In this document: one piece after another, positions 35,645 through 47,939 of the stretch
Layout of the letters: each line of letters starts with the position of its first letter
Numbering within the stretch: the stretch's first letter is position 1
Source: Vicugna vicugna
Lineage: Eukaryota
Assembly: GCA_013265495.1 (NCBI GenBank)
Contig: MU058213.1
Coordinates: 1,364,001 to 1,428,000, forward strand
Reading direction: 5' to 3'
Length of the DNA stretch: 64,000 nt
Made by a program: the position numbers and the translations under genes
The notes under the pieces: generated by a model
Seen by the model: the letters and a program-made list of their open reading frames with translations, nothing else
Told to the model about the DNA's origin: nothing
Databases searched by the model: none

Positions 35645-38600
35645 TTGTATTTTCTGTGGTGTTGGCTGTAACTTCTCTTTTCTCATTTCTGACTTTATTG
35701 ATTTGGCTCTATATTTTTCTTGACGAGTCTGGCTAAAGGTTTATCAATCTTGTTTATCTTTTTATTAAAGATAAACAAAATTAGCTTCACTGATATTTTC
35801 TTTTTTCTTTTTGGTCTATTTATTTCTGCTCTGAGTTTTATGATTTCTTTCCTTCTACTAACTTGGATTTTCTTTATTATTCTTTTTCTGGTTCCTTTAG
35901 ATGTAAGATTAGGTTGTTTACTTGAGATTTTCTTATTTCCTGAGGTAAGTTTGTATTGTTATAAACTTCCTTTTTAGAACAGCTTTTGTGGCATCTCATA
36001 GGTTTTTGGATTGTTGTGTTTTTGTTTTCATTTTCTCCAGGTATATTTTGATTTCCTCTTTGATTTCATTAGTGAACTAACTATTGGTTGTTTAGTAGCT
36101 TATTGTTTAGCCTTCATGTGTTTGTTTTTTGCAGTTTTTTTTTCTTGTGGTTGTTTCTAGTCTCAGCATTGTGATCAGAAAATATGTTTAATATGATTTT
36201 AATCCTTATATTTTTCTAACTCTGTTAAACTTTTCACTGTGTTTACACATTCTTCTCCCGAGTTCTTTGAGCATCTTTATGACCATTACTTTGAATTCTT
36301 TATCAGGTAGATTGTTTATTTCTACTTCATTTAGTTCTTCTGGGGCTTTATCTTGTTTCTTCATTTGGAACATATTCCTCTGTCACCTCTTTATGCCTAA
36401 TTCACTGTTTTTATTTCTATGTGTGTGGTAAGTTGGTTACATTTCCAGATCTTGGATAGTAACTTTATGTAGGAAACATCCTATGCATCCCAGCAGCATA
36501 CTCCTTCTGGTCGCCAAAGCTATATGCTATAGGGATGCCTCCTCTATGGGTGTCCTGGGTCTTTCTGTTGGCTGGGGTGACTACTCTTGTCAGACTGGTA
36601 GGTGTGGCTTGCCCCCAGTTTTGTTGGTTGCCAGGCCCTGCGTTGTGAGAAGGCTGCCAGCCACTGGTGGGCAGCATCAGGTCATGAGGCTATTGGCTAT
36701 GGAGCCCCAGGAAGCCCCATTGCTAGTATTGGCTCACAGATGGGCAGAGAATGTGTGTTTGTGGGGCCAGGGATCCAGGATCTATTGTCAGCCTTCTGGT
36801 GGGCAGTTCTGGTTCTTGACATGGCTAGCTGTGGAGTCTAGTTGTATCCCAAAGCTGATTTTGGTCTGCTGGTGAGTGGGGTCAGATCCTGGGGCAGCTG
36901 GTTGAGGGGTACGAGGTGTCTTAGAACTGGTGTTGGCCTGCTGGTGAGTGGAGCTGAGACCTTGGGGAGTCCTGGGGCTGATGTTGGCCTGCTGCTGTGT
37001 CCAAGGGTCTCTGCCTGCAGGGCCCTCTTGGTCCCAGGGCTGATGTTTGCCTGCTGGTCGGCAGGGACAGGGCCAAGGGAGTCCTGGGGCTAATGCTGGC
37101 TCACTGGTGGGCAGAGCCAGGTCACAGGGTCTCTGGCTGCAGGGCCCTGGGGGTTCCAGAGTTGTTGGCCTGTTGGTGGTTGAGGCCAGGTCCTGGTGCT
37201 AGTAAGCTGGAGGGAGGATTCCAAAATGACACTTGCCAGCTCTAGTGTCCTTGTGGTAGAATGAGCTCCTCTAAATGTCTGCTGCCAGTGTCTGTGTTCC
37301 CAGGATGAGCTCCATCTGTCTCCTGCTTCTCTGGAAAGCTCTCACAGATCAGCAGACAGGTCTGATACAGGCTCCTTTCAAATTACTGCTTCTTCTCTAG
37401 GTCTCAGAATGTGTGAGATTTTGTGTGTGTCCTTAAAGAGTAAAGTCTCTGTTTTACACAGTGCTCTGGTTCTCCTGAAAGTAAGCCTTGCTGACCTTCA
37501 AAGTCAAATGTTCTGGGGTGTGATGGGGGCTCCCCATCTTTGCCCCTCCTACCTGTCTCATTGTGGTTCCTTCTTTATACCTTTAGTTGTAAAAGATCTG
37601 TTTTGCTAGTCTTCAGGTCTTTTCTCATTCAATAGTTGCTCTGTAAATAGTTGTAATTTTGGTGTGTCTGCTGGAGGAGGTGAACTCAGGGTCTTCGTAC
37701 TCTACCATCTGGACCACTCCTGGCTGAGTTCCCAAATCTTTGTTTCTTTTAAAGAGTTGTTTTTAGGTTATTTATGTTTTTGGTCTATTTGGACAATAAG
37801 AATTACCTATGCCTCTATTTCTCTTTGGTTTCCTGGATGCTCAGAGACAAATTTGAGATTCAGCTTCTAACGACTTTATGTATACTATAGCTTGTATGTT
37901 GGTATCCACTCCCCATCCTTGGTCTTGCTTCCTGCTCTTGCTTATATTTTATTTCTGGTCTGGATTTTTTTTTTTTACCACCACCCCACCCACACTATAC
38001 CATGTTGCTATGTTTTCATAGGGCATAGCTTCAATTTTTTTGTGTGAAATTTCTGTTTTTCAATTCAAACTAACATTAGCTGAACTCAGGTTCTCATATC
38101 TCTCAGCAGAGTTTCTGCAGCAGCCTCCCATTTGTGCTCACACCCTCCTGCCTTGTTTCCCCTCTATCCATTCTGCTAGAGTTCTGTCCTGAGAGCTCAG
38201 AGCTAAGCATGATGCTCCAGTTCTTAAGACCCTGCCAGGATTCCCCTCTCTCTGTGGGCAAACCAAGTTATGTATGACCTGTCTTTTACTTATGGCTCTT
38301 CTTAATATAAGTTCCCTTTCATACACTTCATACTTCTGTAAATTTTGCTGAATGAGTAATATAATTATTATCATTTTTACCATAGCATTAATTTCTATGC
38401 ACAGCAACAGGGGAATTTAGCAAATCCTTTATCAGATGGATAAATATTATATCCATCTATCTGAGGTGAAATGAAGTAAACAGGATTGAAGGATGGGAAG
38501 ATTGTCCATCTGCTGAGGCTTCAAGGTAACAGCCTGGCAATTTAGTGATCTCTGCAAACTAGTTTACTATTCTGCAAGTTTGCCTCTAACTATTTTCTGG

Positions 38601-38924
38601 GCTCCTCCCTCATGCTCTTTGTCTAGTAAAACAGGAATGGAACTAAGAGCATAAATGGCTCCCTACCAACCTTATTTTCTCCCTAAAATTTTCTGTCGTC
38701 TTCTTTTGGGTAGAAGCAAGATAGGTTTACATATTATAGATCAACTGGAATTCAAAAAGTTTTGTATTCTCTGGATTAACTAGTCATATAATGGTTAGTA
38801 ATTTGGGTTTTAGACTTCCAGATAAAATAAGAGTTAGACTGGATTGTCTGAAAACATCCTTCTAGGTCTCTGATTCTAAGTTGAATTTGAATGTTCTTAG
38901 AAAGAATGAGCGAAGATAACAGTT

Positions 38925-39110
38925 CTCTTCATTCATTCGTTCATTAACAGTTTATTCACTGGGCACTTGTTGAATGCCAAACATTGTTCAGGCTGTGGGA
39001 TACAGGGAGGACTCAAAGTTCAAGAAATAATTATTTTGCGATCACAGAGCTTGAAGTTTAATTAGGGATTTACATAAATAGCCATAGCACAATATAGTAA
39101 TGTATTGATG
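38925..39110 (-). mobile_element. L2 3' tail
   Basis: 'ttcattcattcgttcattaacagtttattcactgggcacttgttgaatgccaaacattgttcaggc'. Confidence 0.7.
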
Positions 39111-39175
39111 CCACCAGAAACACACAGATCACAGGGCCGTAGTGTTAGAGTAAGATAACCTCAGATATCATTTGG

Positions 39176-39310
39176 CCCCTGCTTCTTGAAGTGTGCCCAT
39201 GAGTCAGCAGCTTCATCTTTACCTGGGTACAATCTTGAGCATTACTTTAGACCCACTGAATCAGAATCTGCACTTTAATCAGATCTCCAGGTGAAATTTG
39301 AGAAGCACTC
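39176..39310. mobile_element. MER5A-like MITE (within a MIR remnant)
   Basis: 'agacccactgaatcagaatctgcactttaatcagatctccaggtgaaatttgagaagcact'. Confidence 0.8.
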
Positions 39311-40877
39311 CAAATCCATCATTTTATAGACCCTGAAGGATGAAATAACTTGGCTGGTTTTGTGGGAGAGTCAAGACTTGAACCACAGCCCCTGATTCTT
39401 ACTGTGGTATGTATATAGTGTGTACCCCTTGTTATAAGGTGCTGTGGGGCTTCAGAGAAAAGCAGTGATTGATTGGAAACTATGCTTAGTTAAATTATAA
39501 CTTATACCAGTGAATCTAAATTATGCAACTGTTGTCACGTTAGGGGATCCAGGCTGTTTTAGCCTGTTGTGCATTCTATGGATTACATTAACTGATGTTT
39601 CTCACTAATAAAATCAATGCTCTGTCTCATCTCTATACTCTCTTTGAAATACAGAAATGTTGGCAATCATCAAGAGAAGGGGAAATTTCTTGTCCCTGCA
39701 GAAACAATTCCCAGGCTAGGCTTAATACTTTGTCATCAAATCCATCACTACCAATGGGAAGAAAAACCCCAAATACTTTTTTAAGCACAACCCTGAAAGT
39801 CATGAAAGTCATCTTCCTACATGTGCAGCCTGTGGAATGGACTGCCTAAAACAGGCCCTGTAGGCTAAGTGGAAGACATGAAAGTGAAATGAGATTCCAA
39901 TTTCTCAATGAGCCTTTCTATGTTCTAATGGGTAGAAATACTCCTATCTGGCTTTGGTAGAGAATTCATAGGGTTAATGACTAAAGAATGGAGTTCTTGT
40001 AATCAATATAGTCCTCTGGCTTTATTGATTAGAATCACCTGCTTATTTTGCAGCTAAGATTTTTTTTTTTATCCCATTCAAAACAAAGACACCCTAGGGG
40101 ACCATTAAGTAAATAGGCATTTAAGACTTTTTTCATTGCTAAGAAAGTAGTTAATTATTATTAGTGCCTGAAAGTCTCAATTCAGACAGAACACCTGAAT
40201 GAACATACTATCGAAATGGTAGTGACATGTCTGCTATGAATGGATGCCAGTTTGCAGTTTATTGAAAAAATGCTGCTTCTTCCTTAGAGTTATTGGGGAG
40301 GGGTGTGACTCCACATTTAACTCCTGAAAAAAAAAAAAAAGAGACTTGGCAGAGCTCTTCTTCAAAGAGCCTTGGTGGAACAGTTTTCCCAAATACCACA
40401 TGTCCCTAATGGACACCACTGCTGTATGCACAAGCAGTTCTGGAGAAATACATTGCCAGTATGGAAACTCTTGAAAGACCTCAGGTCAATTTTATTTTAT
40501 TTCAAGAACACTTTCATTGTTCTGCTTCAGGAAGATAAATCAAATGCAGACTCATGGTATTCACTGAGGAAACTTCCTTCTGCTTGGTTGGGACAATACT
40601 TGGGATTAGTGATCTATTTTCTTTCCTCCTTGTTTGTAAATTATGCAAATAAATCAGCACACACATCTTTGTAAAGCATCTGTTATGTGTAAGATTTTGT
40701 GCATAGTGCTTTTGAAGTATAATGATAATACCTAGAGCTTTTTAGTATTTTGGTGTTTATAAAATACTTTTATATTTGATCCTCATAAGATTTTCCTGGA
40801 ATTCACAGGTCAGTGGACTACTCACCACATTTTACAGATAAATAAACTTAACAAAGTTCTGTAAAACGGTTGCCAGA

Positions 40878-41421
40878 TGATCCAGCAATTCCACTTCTAG
40901 GCATATTATACCCCCCAAAATTGAAAATGTAAGTTTACAAAAAACTGGTACATGCATGTTCATAGCAGCATTATACATAATAGCCTCAAAGTGGAAATAA
41001 CACAAATGACCATCAGTGGGTGAATGGATAAACAAAATGTGGTATATCCCTACAATGGAATAAGGTTTAGCAATAAAAAGGGAAGAATTACTGATACATG
41101 CTTCAACATGGGTGAACTTTGACAACATTATTCTAAGTGAAACAATACAGACACAGAAGGCCACACACATTGTATGATTCTGTTTATATGAAATATCCAG
41201 AATGGGCAAATCCATAGGGGCAGAAAGTAGGTCAATTAGTGATTGCCAGGGGCTGGGGATGGAGGGGGGTACTTTGGAATGACTGCTAACAGGCATGTTG
41301 TGGAATTAAATAGTGGCATTGGTTGTACTAAATATGTACTAAGTACAAATGCAAATATACTAAAAAACCATTAACTTGTACACTTTAAAAATGAATCATA
41401 TGGTGAATTATATCTCAATTC
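40878..41421 (+). mobile_element. L1MB-like 3' end (ORF2 terminus + 3'UTR)
   Basis: 'gatccagcaattccacttctagg...atgttcatagcagcatta...tgaatggataaacaaaatgtggtatatcc...tgaattatatctcaat'. Confidence 0.9.
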
Positions 41422-41644
41422 AAAATGGAAAAATTTTTACCAGTGACTTACCCAGTGGCAGAAATGTGGCAAGTACCTATGATTTTTGGACGCCAGACAA
41501 ATGTTCAGGTTCTGTCATCATGACTACTAAACATGTCCTGAGTTAAATGAAGATAAAAATCTTTGTCTTCAAGGACCTTGTATGTATGAGCATGAAAATA
41601 TGAAACACTAGGAAATGAATGATAGGTCAGAGTGGGTAGCATGA

Positions 41645-42215
41645 ATGAAGGCTTCTCAAAGTAGACTCTGAAAGTGAGAATTTTGAGACCCATTTTCAGA
41701 GGTTTGGATTTGATAGATTTATGATGTATTTCTGGGACTCTATATTTTTAAAAAGGGGCTTAGGTGTGAAAGAGACTTATCTGTATCCTTTCTTCTTCTT
41801 CTTGCCACTTGGGATGATTAAACTTCCCCAGCCTGTCTCAGTTGGGTGCACCATGTGACTAATTCTGGCCAGTGGGTTGACAGTAGAAGTTACATATATC
41901 ACTTCTGGGTTAAAGCATTTAATGGCTAGTATTAGAACCTTCAGCATCTCTTCCACTGCTGTGTCAGTCAAGGAGGCCATATGTTCCAGACAGTTCAGGT
42001 ACAGGATAGTAAATTCTTCATTAGCCTGAATCTCTGAACGTGGAACAAAATGGCACTAGAAAGTTGCCCACATCTGCAGTGAGCTTTGCATCAGCAAGAA
42101 ATAAACCTTTGTTGTGTTAAACCATTGAGATGTTGGAGCATTTATTACTGTAGTTTTATTTAGCCTATCCTTAACTGGGGGATTTTGATGACCAACATGG
42201 TTTTGGAATCAGTAG
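41645..42215. mobile_element. MER5A-like MITE split by an MLT1 LTR
   Basis: 'ttctcaaagtagac...tgggactctatattttta' (~41650-41765) resumes as 'gattttgatgaccaacatggttttggaatcagt' (~42180-42215). Confidence 0.55.
41790..42177 (+). mobile_element. MLT1J/K-like solo LTR
   Basis: 'ccatgtgactaattctggccagtggg...cacttctgggttaaagcattta...aaataaacctttgttgtgttaaaccattgagat'. Confidence 0.75.
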
Positions 42216-42924
42216 TAGAGATAATCAATGATAATGAATTGGGGAATGAAAATATCATCTAGGACTAGAGTAATCAGAAAAATCTTATTAGAAGAATTTG
42301 TGCTGGGCCTTGAAAGATGGATAGGACTCAGGTAGGGAGTCATAAATAGGACATTCTGCATGGGGGAAATGTCACAAGTGAGAGGGAAGGAATCACACCA
42401 AAATAATAGTTCATTTAACTTTCTTTTCTCTTAAAAATGAATTAAGACTTCTTTTTATAATGTGCTTAAAGGGCAGATGCTTCAACTCACTATTGCCAAA
42501 TACTAATTTCTTGTTAACTGGAATAAGAATTCACGTGCAGAGTCAGGCAATGACTCTTTCAACAGACATTGAATCATTTCAGTGCGTCATTTGTTCTGAT
42601 GGACAATTGTCCACAATTCTTGCAGATTAAATGTAAGCACATCATTTTCGGTGGAACTAGGGAAGATTAGCAGATGGAAGACTTGAATGTTAGGCTGAAG
42701 TTATCCTTCTCTGCTGTATTGAGAAAAATCCCACGTGACTTCCTTGGGTATTTATATCCAGTTTTTTCCCCATCTAAAACAGCAACCTCTGCTGTCACCA
42801 GGCTCTCATTCCTCGGTTCTGTCTTTGTTCCCCTTTCTGCTTGTTCTCAATCTCCTTCCTGTCATCCTCCAACCTTTAAGTATATGAAATCATTGATGGG
42901 GAAAAAGGAACCTTTACTTACAGA

Positions 42925-43125
42925 GTGCCTTATGTATGCCATACATACCTTCTCATCTAGTCCTTGATGACAGAAATTTGAGAGGTACTGTTTCTCATTT
43001 TTGTGAATAAGAATGCTGAGGTTGGTAATTAAAGAGATGGCCCAGATGTACACAATTAGAAAGTGGTGGAGCCGGGACTCAAACTGAGGTCTCTTTGACT
43101 CTGGTATCCTTTATATGGTACCACA
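42925..43125 (-). mobile_element. MIR SINE
   Basis: 'gcccagatgtacacaattagaaagtggtggagccgggactcaaactgaggtctctttgactc'. Confidence 0.8.
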
Positions 43126-43519
43126 CCACCCTCGGTGATCTGGAAGCACTGCAATTTGTTAACCCTTCTGTCTTTGGGCCACATTGTATGAAGTCCTTAA
43201 TTGGAAATATAGATGTAAATCTTTCCATGTCTCACAATATACATGCAATTTTGCTTAAAGTATTATTCCATATAGCAAGAAATTGCTAAAGGAAGGGGTA
43301 TACTAATAAAGCTTAATTCCAATAAATTCTGCAACTACTTTTTCATTGAGAGTGAATAAGTGAATGTGTGATATTCAAACATTAACAAAACCACTCGTGC
43401 CCTATTTTAAGTCTTTATATAGAGGATGATTTATAGAGGTGGATCATAAATACTTTACAGCAGGATGAAAACTATAGGGCAGTAAAAGATCGGACCAAAT
43501 TATTCCATACACAGGAGGA

Positions 43520-44400
43520 CATTCATTTACTTGTTTGTTTGATAAATATATACCAAGTGCCCAACATGTATGGGGTACTGTTCTAGGTGCTGCAGATACA
43601 GTAGCAAATGGTACAAAGTCCTGGCAGCTATAGTGCTTATAGCCTCTGGGAATCAGATACCAAACAAACAAAAATGACTGTCACATGTGGTATGCAGAAT
43701 AATGGCCTTCCAAAAATGTCCACTTCCTAATTCCAGGAACCTGTGAGTATGTTGCCTTACATACCAAAAGAGACTTTACAAATGTGATTAAATTAAGGAC
43801 TTTGAGATGGGGAGATTATCCTCTGTTATTTGGGTGGACCTCATCTAATCACAGAGGCTCTTAAAAGTGGAAAACATTTCCTGGCTGTGGTCAGGAGATG
43901 TGACTTTGGAGGAACGGTCAGAGACTTGCAATATTGCTGTTTTTGAAGTTGGAGGAAGGGGCTATGCTCCAAAGAATGGGGGTGGGCTTTAGAAGACAGA
44001 AAACCTGAGGAAACAGATTCTCCCTTGGACTCCCCAGAAAGGAACACAGACCTACCGATACCTTGAATTCAGCCAGTGAGACCTGTGTCAATCTTCTGAA
44101 TTACAACTGTAAGATAATAAATTTGTGTTCTTTTAAGTCACTAACACTGTGGTAACTAGTTACAGCAGCCATAGAAAATTAATACATTATGTTAATGTAT
44201 TTTGTGAGAGTAATAATTGCTCTAAAGAAAATAATACAGGAGAATGAGATAACTGGTGACTGCTAGTGGGATGATATTTTTCTCCTCCTAATTCTGCTAT
44301 CAGGGAGGATCTCTCTGAGGAGGTGATAATTGGCAGAAACCTAAAATGATGAAGAGCCAGCCAAGTGGAAATTTGGGAAAAGAGTGTTCTAGGCAGGCAA
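43520..44400 (-). mobile_element. L2 fragment split by MLT1D
   Basis: 'tactgttctaggtgctgcagatacagtagcaaa' before and 'ctctctgaggaggtgata...gaaaagagtgttctaggcag' after the LTR. Confidence 0.75.
43686..44186 (+). mobile_element. MLT1D solo LTR
   Basis: 'tgtggtatgcagaataatggcc...gtgattaaattaaggactttgagatggggagattatcc...aagataataaatttgtg...cagcagccatagaaaattaataca'. Confidence 0.92.
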
Positions 44401-44469
44401 TATCACATGGATCTGCAGGGCTCTGTCCAGTGTGCTATGTTGGCGACGTGAATTTACCAGAAATAAAGC

Positions 44470-44580
44470 TTTTGTTCATTCATTGGTTCATTTATTTACT
44501 CATTCCCTCACTCATTCATTCAGCAGATATTTATTGAGTAGCTCTGGTGTGCCAAGCACTGTTCTAGGTGTTAGAAACAT
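44470..44580 (-). mobile_element. L2 3' tail with (TTCA)n
   Basis: 'cattcattcagcagatatttattgagtagctctggtgtgccaagcactgttctaggtg'. Confidence 0.85.
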
Positions 44581-46000
44581 ATCATTTCCATGCTGGTCTG
44601 TCCCTCAAAGTTCGTTTTCACATGTATGTGGAATTCTTCATCCCAGAGGAGAGCATCCAGTGCTCTTTTCTTAAATGATCCCCTTAGATCATAGGGAGAG
44701 AATTGATACTTAAGATTCATATAAAATCCACTCAAACCTGGGTATTTTACCCTTCTAGATGCTGGGTAGCTTCTGGGCAATTCTTACCTCTGAATGTTTC
44801 TAAAAGTAACTAGTACAAGAGCAATGCTGTACAATTAAAAAATTTACGTCTCTCTTGCGCCAAAATATTTAAGTTGTAGTAATGTAAATAATATTCCTTT
44901 ATTCACTTGTAATGTATCACATTTTGGCATCTTATATGCCTAACACAGTTCATTCATTAAATGACTTAAAGTTTCCTTTAAAGTCAGGAAAGGCTATGTC
45001 TGTGTGGCAGTACACACACAACAAACATTTCAATCAACCTTTTTTGATCTGCATGATTCCGCCGAAACATTTTTACTCACCAAATTGCTGAATTTTTTTT
45101 TGTTGTTGTTGTTAAATTTACTAATTTAGTCAGTGAGAAAGATAAGCAAGAATGTATTGGCGAACTCACCTATCTCTTCAAACAGCTGATGTTGCTGTAA
45201 ATCAGAATTGATTTGAATTAAGGTGAATGATAAACGTGCACTGTCAGACTGCCTCCTGGGAGAGGGCTGGGTGAGTTTTCAGGGTGAATTTTCTTTGTCC
45301 TCCTGGCCTCAGGCTGACTCTGGAGGTGCCTTTCTTTCCTCACCAAAGCTGACTTGGTCTCCCTCTGCCTCATTTCCCATCACATTCCCACCTCCAGCCA
45401 CTGAGGCAGAGGCTAAGCTTTAACATGCCAATCTCGAGCCCAGGTTGACATGAGCAGCCACTGATGGGCCTTGTCTTTCCAAATACACAATTAGGCCTTG
45501 GTCAAAATCCCAAGAGCCTGCTGAGTAAAGATGAATCTGTATGGAAAACTTATTAGGATTTAGAACCCTGATATTCTGGCCTGTGGGCCTGTGACTCCCC
45601 AAGTACAAGCTGTGTTGAGCTGGGGAGAAACCACAAGGTGTGTGGCCTTTTTTCTCATCTCTCCTCCACCCTTTGTCCCCGTTGCCTGGGCCTGCAAGAT
45701 TCCCTCTTCTAACACTGTAACATTTTTGGATGTTCCTCTGAATAGCTTAGGGACAGCCTAGGGAGTGAGCCTAAGAGAATGCTTCTCTGAAATTTTAGGA
45801 ACAAATTTCCTTGATGCCCAGGGGCCTTTGTATATGCTGCTTTCTTGATTTCAACTTCCTTTGCCCTTAGTCTTACGCATTTTTCAAAACTGGGAAGCAT
45901 TTTCTGGCCTATGCCTCATACCCAAAATGCAAACCATTCTCTAGCCCCATTCTCTAGCATCAGGCACGTCCTCTATTATGGCCCCTGATGGCTGAATCTT

Positions 46001-46052
46001 TTTTTTTTTAAACATGTTTTAATTGAGTTATAGTCATTTTACAGTGTTGTAT
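46001..46052 (-). mobile_element. Very short young L1 3'-end insertion
   Basis: T tail + aacatgttttaattgagttatagtcattttacagtgttgt; TSD ctgatggctgaatctt (45985-46000) / ctgatggctaatctt (46053-46067). Confidence 0.88.
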
Positions 46053-47664
46053 CTGATGGCTAATCTTGATCATTTGCTTACATTTGTTTTTGCAAGGGTC
46101 ATCAGGAAAGGAGAGACCCTATACCTGATATACCTTAGATGCTTAGAAAATGCTTGTTGAATGCACATTCCTCAGGGCAAAGGTAGAACTGAGCAAAGTG
46201 TTTCCTGCTGCAAGTAATTATAATACCCATTTTATATAAATTTAAGAATAGTAGACTCTGGAATTAAGCACAGTCTAAACTGACATATGTTCCTTGTGTG
46301 AGTAATGGCTTTTACAAATTGACTAAATCCTTTTCTGAAAAACAGGAATGCATTTTACATATATTGGCATTTTCTAAGAATTGCCGTTTAAGCTTATAAT
46401 TCTGGCTCAGCCACTGGGATTGTGTCATATGCTGAAAGTCAAGCAGAAGTTCAAAGGGGTGATTTGTCATTGCCCAAATGCAGAAAAATGGGAAGAGTCA
46501 TGCAAATCAACTTAAGTGTTAATAAACACTGAAAAAAATATTTTCTTGGGATTAAAAAACACTCAAACAAATTGAAGAGGGCATCCTTCCTGGAGGACAA
46601 TTGGAGAGGATGAGTGAGAAGCAAAGATGGAAAGTCTTGCTTCCTTCTCCACTTCCAGTTGGTACAGGGAGAAGATAATTAGCATTTCTTCTGTGGAGTT
46701 ACTCCTCTCTCCTGGGTTTCTGCATTCATGTCTTTTAAAGTTCCTTTGAATGTCAAATATAGATACCTTTGAGCACTGTAAAATGTGTCATGACACCTGG
46801 CTCTTAGCTATGGTCATTCACAGAGGAAAACAGATGCCTTTGCTGATTGCTTATGGAAGGACCTGGAGCAGGACTGACTGACTGATCAGAGTGCCAGTTG
46901 ATTGGCTGACTGGCATTCATTAAGAACCTATTATGTGCCAAGCACCTGAGATGAATGAAAAATAAGAGGTCTCTTTTTCCCAGAAACTTAAATATTATAG
47001 AGGTAGAGAGGTATCTAGTCTTTAAGATGACCAGAAATCAAAGAGATGCCCTTGTACTACTTGGTATCTCCATGTACCTATAATAAGTCAACTTTATTGG
47101 CTGTACATGTAATGTTTCCAGATTTTGGAGACCTGAATTTGATGTGTCAGACAAAGAACAATATGAGTTATTTTTTCTGTATTCCAGGGGACTTAACTTT
47201 ACATTTTAAATGATATACTATTTCAGTTTTTTTTTTGAGTTAGACCAAACTGAAAACAAATAAATATACATACGAGTTTTGAATGGTCCCCAACTTTGAC
47301 ATAGAAGATGAGCTGTTTGGCAGACAGACCTGCTTATGTGCAAGCCTCTACTGCATACTAATTGTACATATAATCAGATATACATACAAACATACACATA
47401 CAGATAGTTATTATTGATCATGGATTAAAGAGTCTGAGCGCTGGAAAGGGCCCAAATTCATGCAGCCCAATCCTTCCATTTCTAAAATACACTATTACAA
47501 CTAACGACGATAATCATAATACAGCAGTCACTTGCTACTTATATGATGTGCACCAAACTGTAGTCTCCACAAAAGCAAGAAGCAGCTGTTTGATTACTGA
47601 TGTGTCCTTAGTGAGTGCTTCCACATAGTAGGTAAGTGCTCAACCACTCATTTTGCACAAAGAA

Positions 47665-47885
47665 ATGACATGTGCCAGACTCTGTGTCAGACACTTCACA
47701 TATATTATCCCACCTAACCATCAAAACTACCCAAGGTACATATTATCATCTCTGTTTTGCATATGAGGAAACAAGACCAAGAGCAGTATAGTAATGAGTT
47801 TGGGGCTAATGGATTATTGTTAATGGAAGAGTGAGGATGAAAATCCAGGTCTCCTGACTTCTCACCCCAAGAGTTTTCCACTGAG
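47665..47885 (-). mobile_element. MIR SINE
   Basis: 'atgtgccagactctgtgtcagacacttcacatatattatc...tattatcatctctgttttgcatatgaggaaac'. Confidence 0.8.
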
Positions 47886-47939
47886 TATCCTACTGTCACT
47901 GTGAATATGTAATCTTGTGTGTGCCAAAGATCAACCTTG

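Larger units (their letters stand above)
32903..37720 (-). mobile_element. L1 LINE (laurasiatherian/cetartiodactyl type) spanning 5' terminus to 3'UTR, with two large internal deletions; inactive
   Basis: 3'UTR ~32903-33600; ORF2 remnants in the ORF track (33794-34102 ...[17 protein letters not shown]..., 34151-34375 ...KAEINKWEYIKLKTFCTAKET...); EN-end SDH-like region ~36170; ORF1 N-terminal NLPDKEFKVMVIKMLKELGRR ~36250-36315; GC-rich 5'UTR ending in rc 'ccagatggtagagtacgaagaccctgagttcacctcctcc'. Confidence 0.92.

Noticed and set aside
36855..37180. CRISPR-like repeat-spacer array
   Set aside because: Repeats are degenerate and irregularly spaced, lie in an L1 5'UTR of a mammalian genome, and no cas genes are present
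36465..37245. CpG island or GC-rich coding exons
   Set aside because: GC-rich but CpG-poor, and collinear with the L1 5' region
40832..41296. Longest ORF (154 aa, minus strand)
   Set aside because: Antisense translation of an L1MB 3' end
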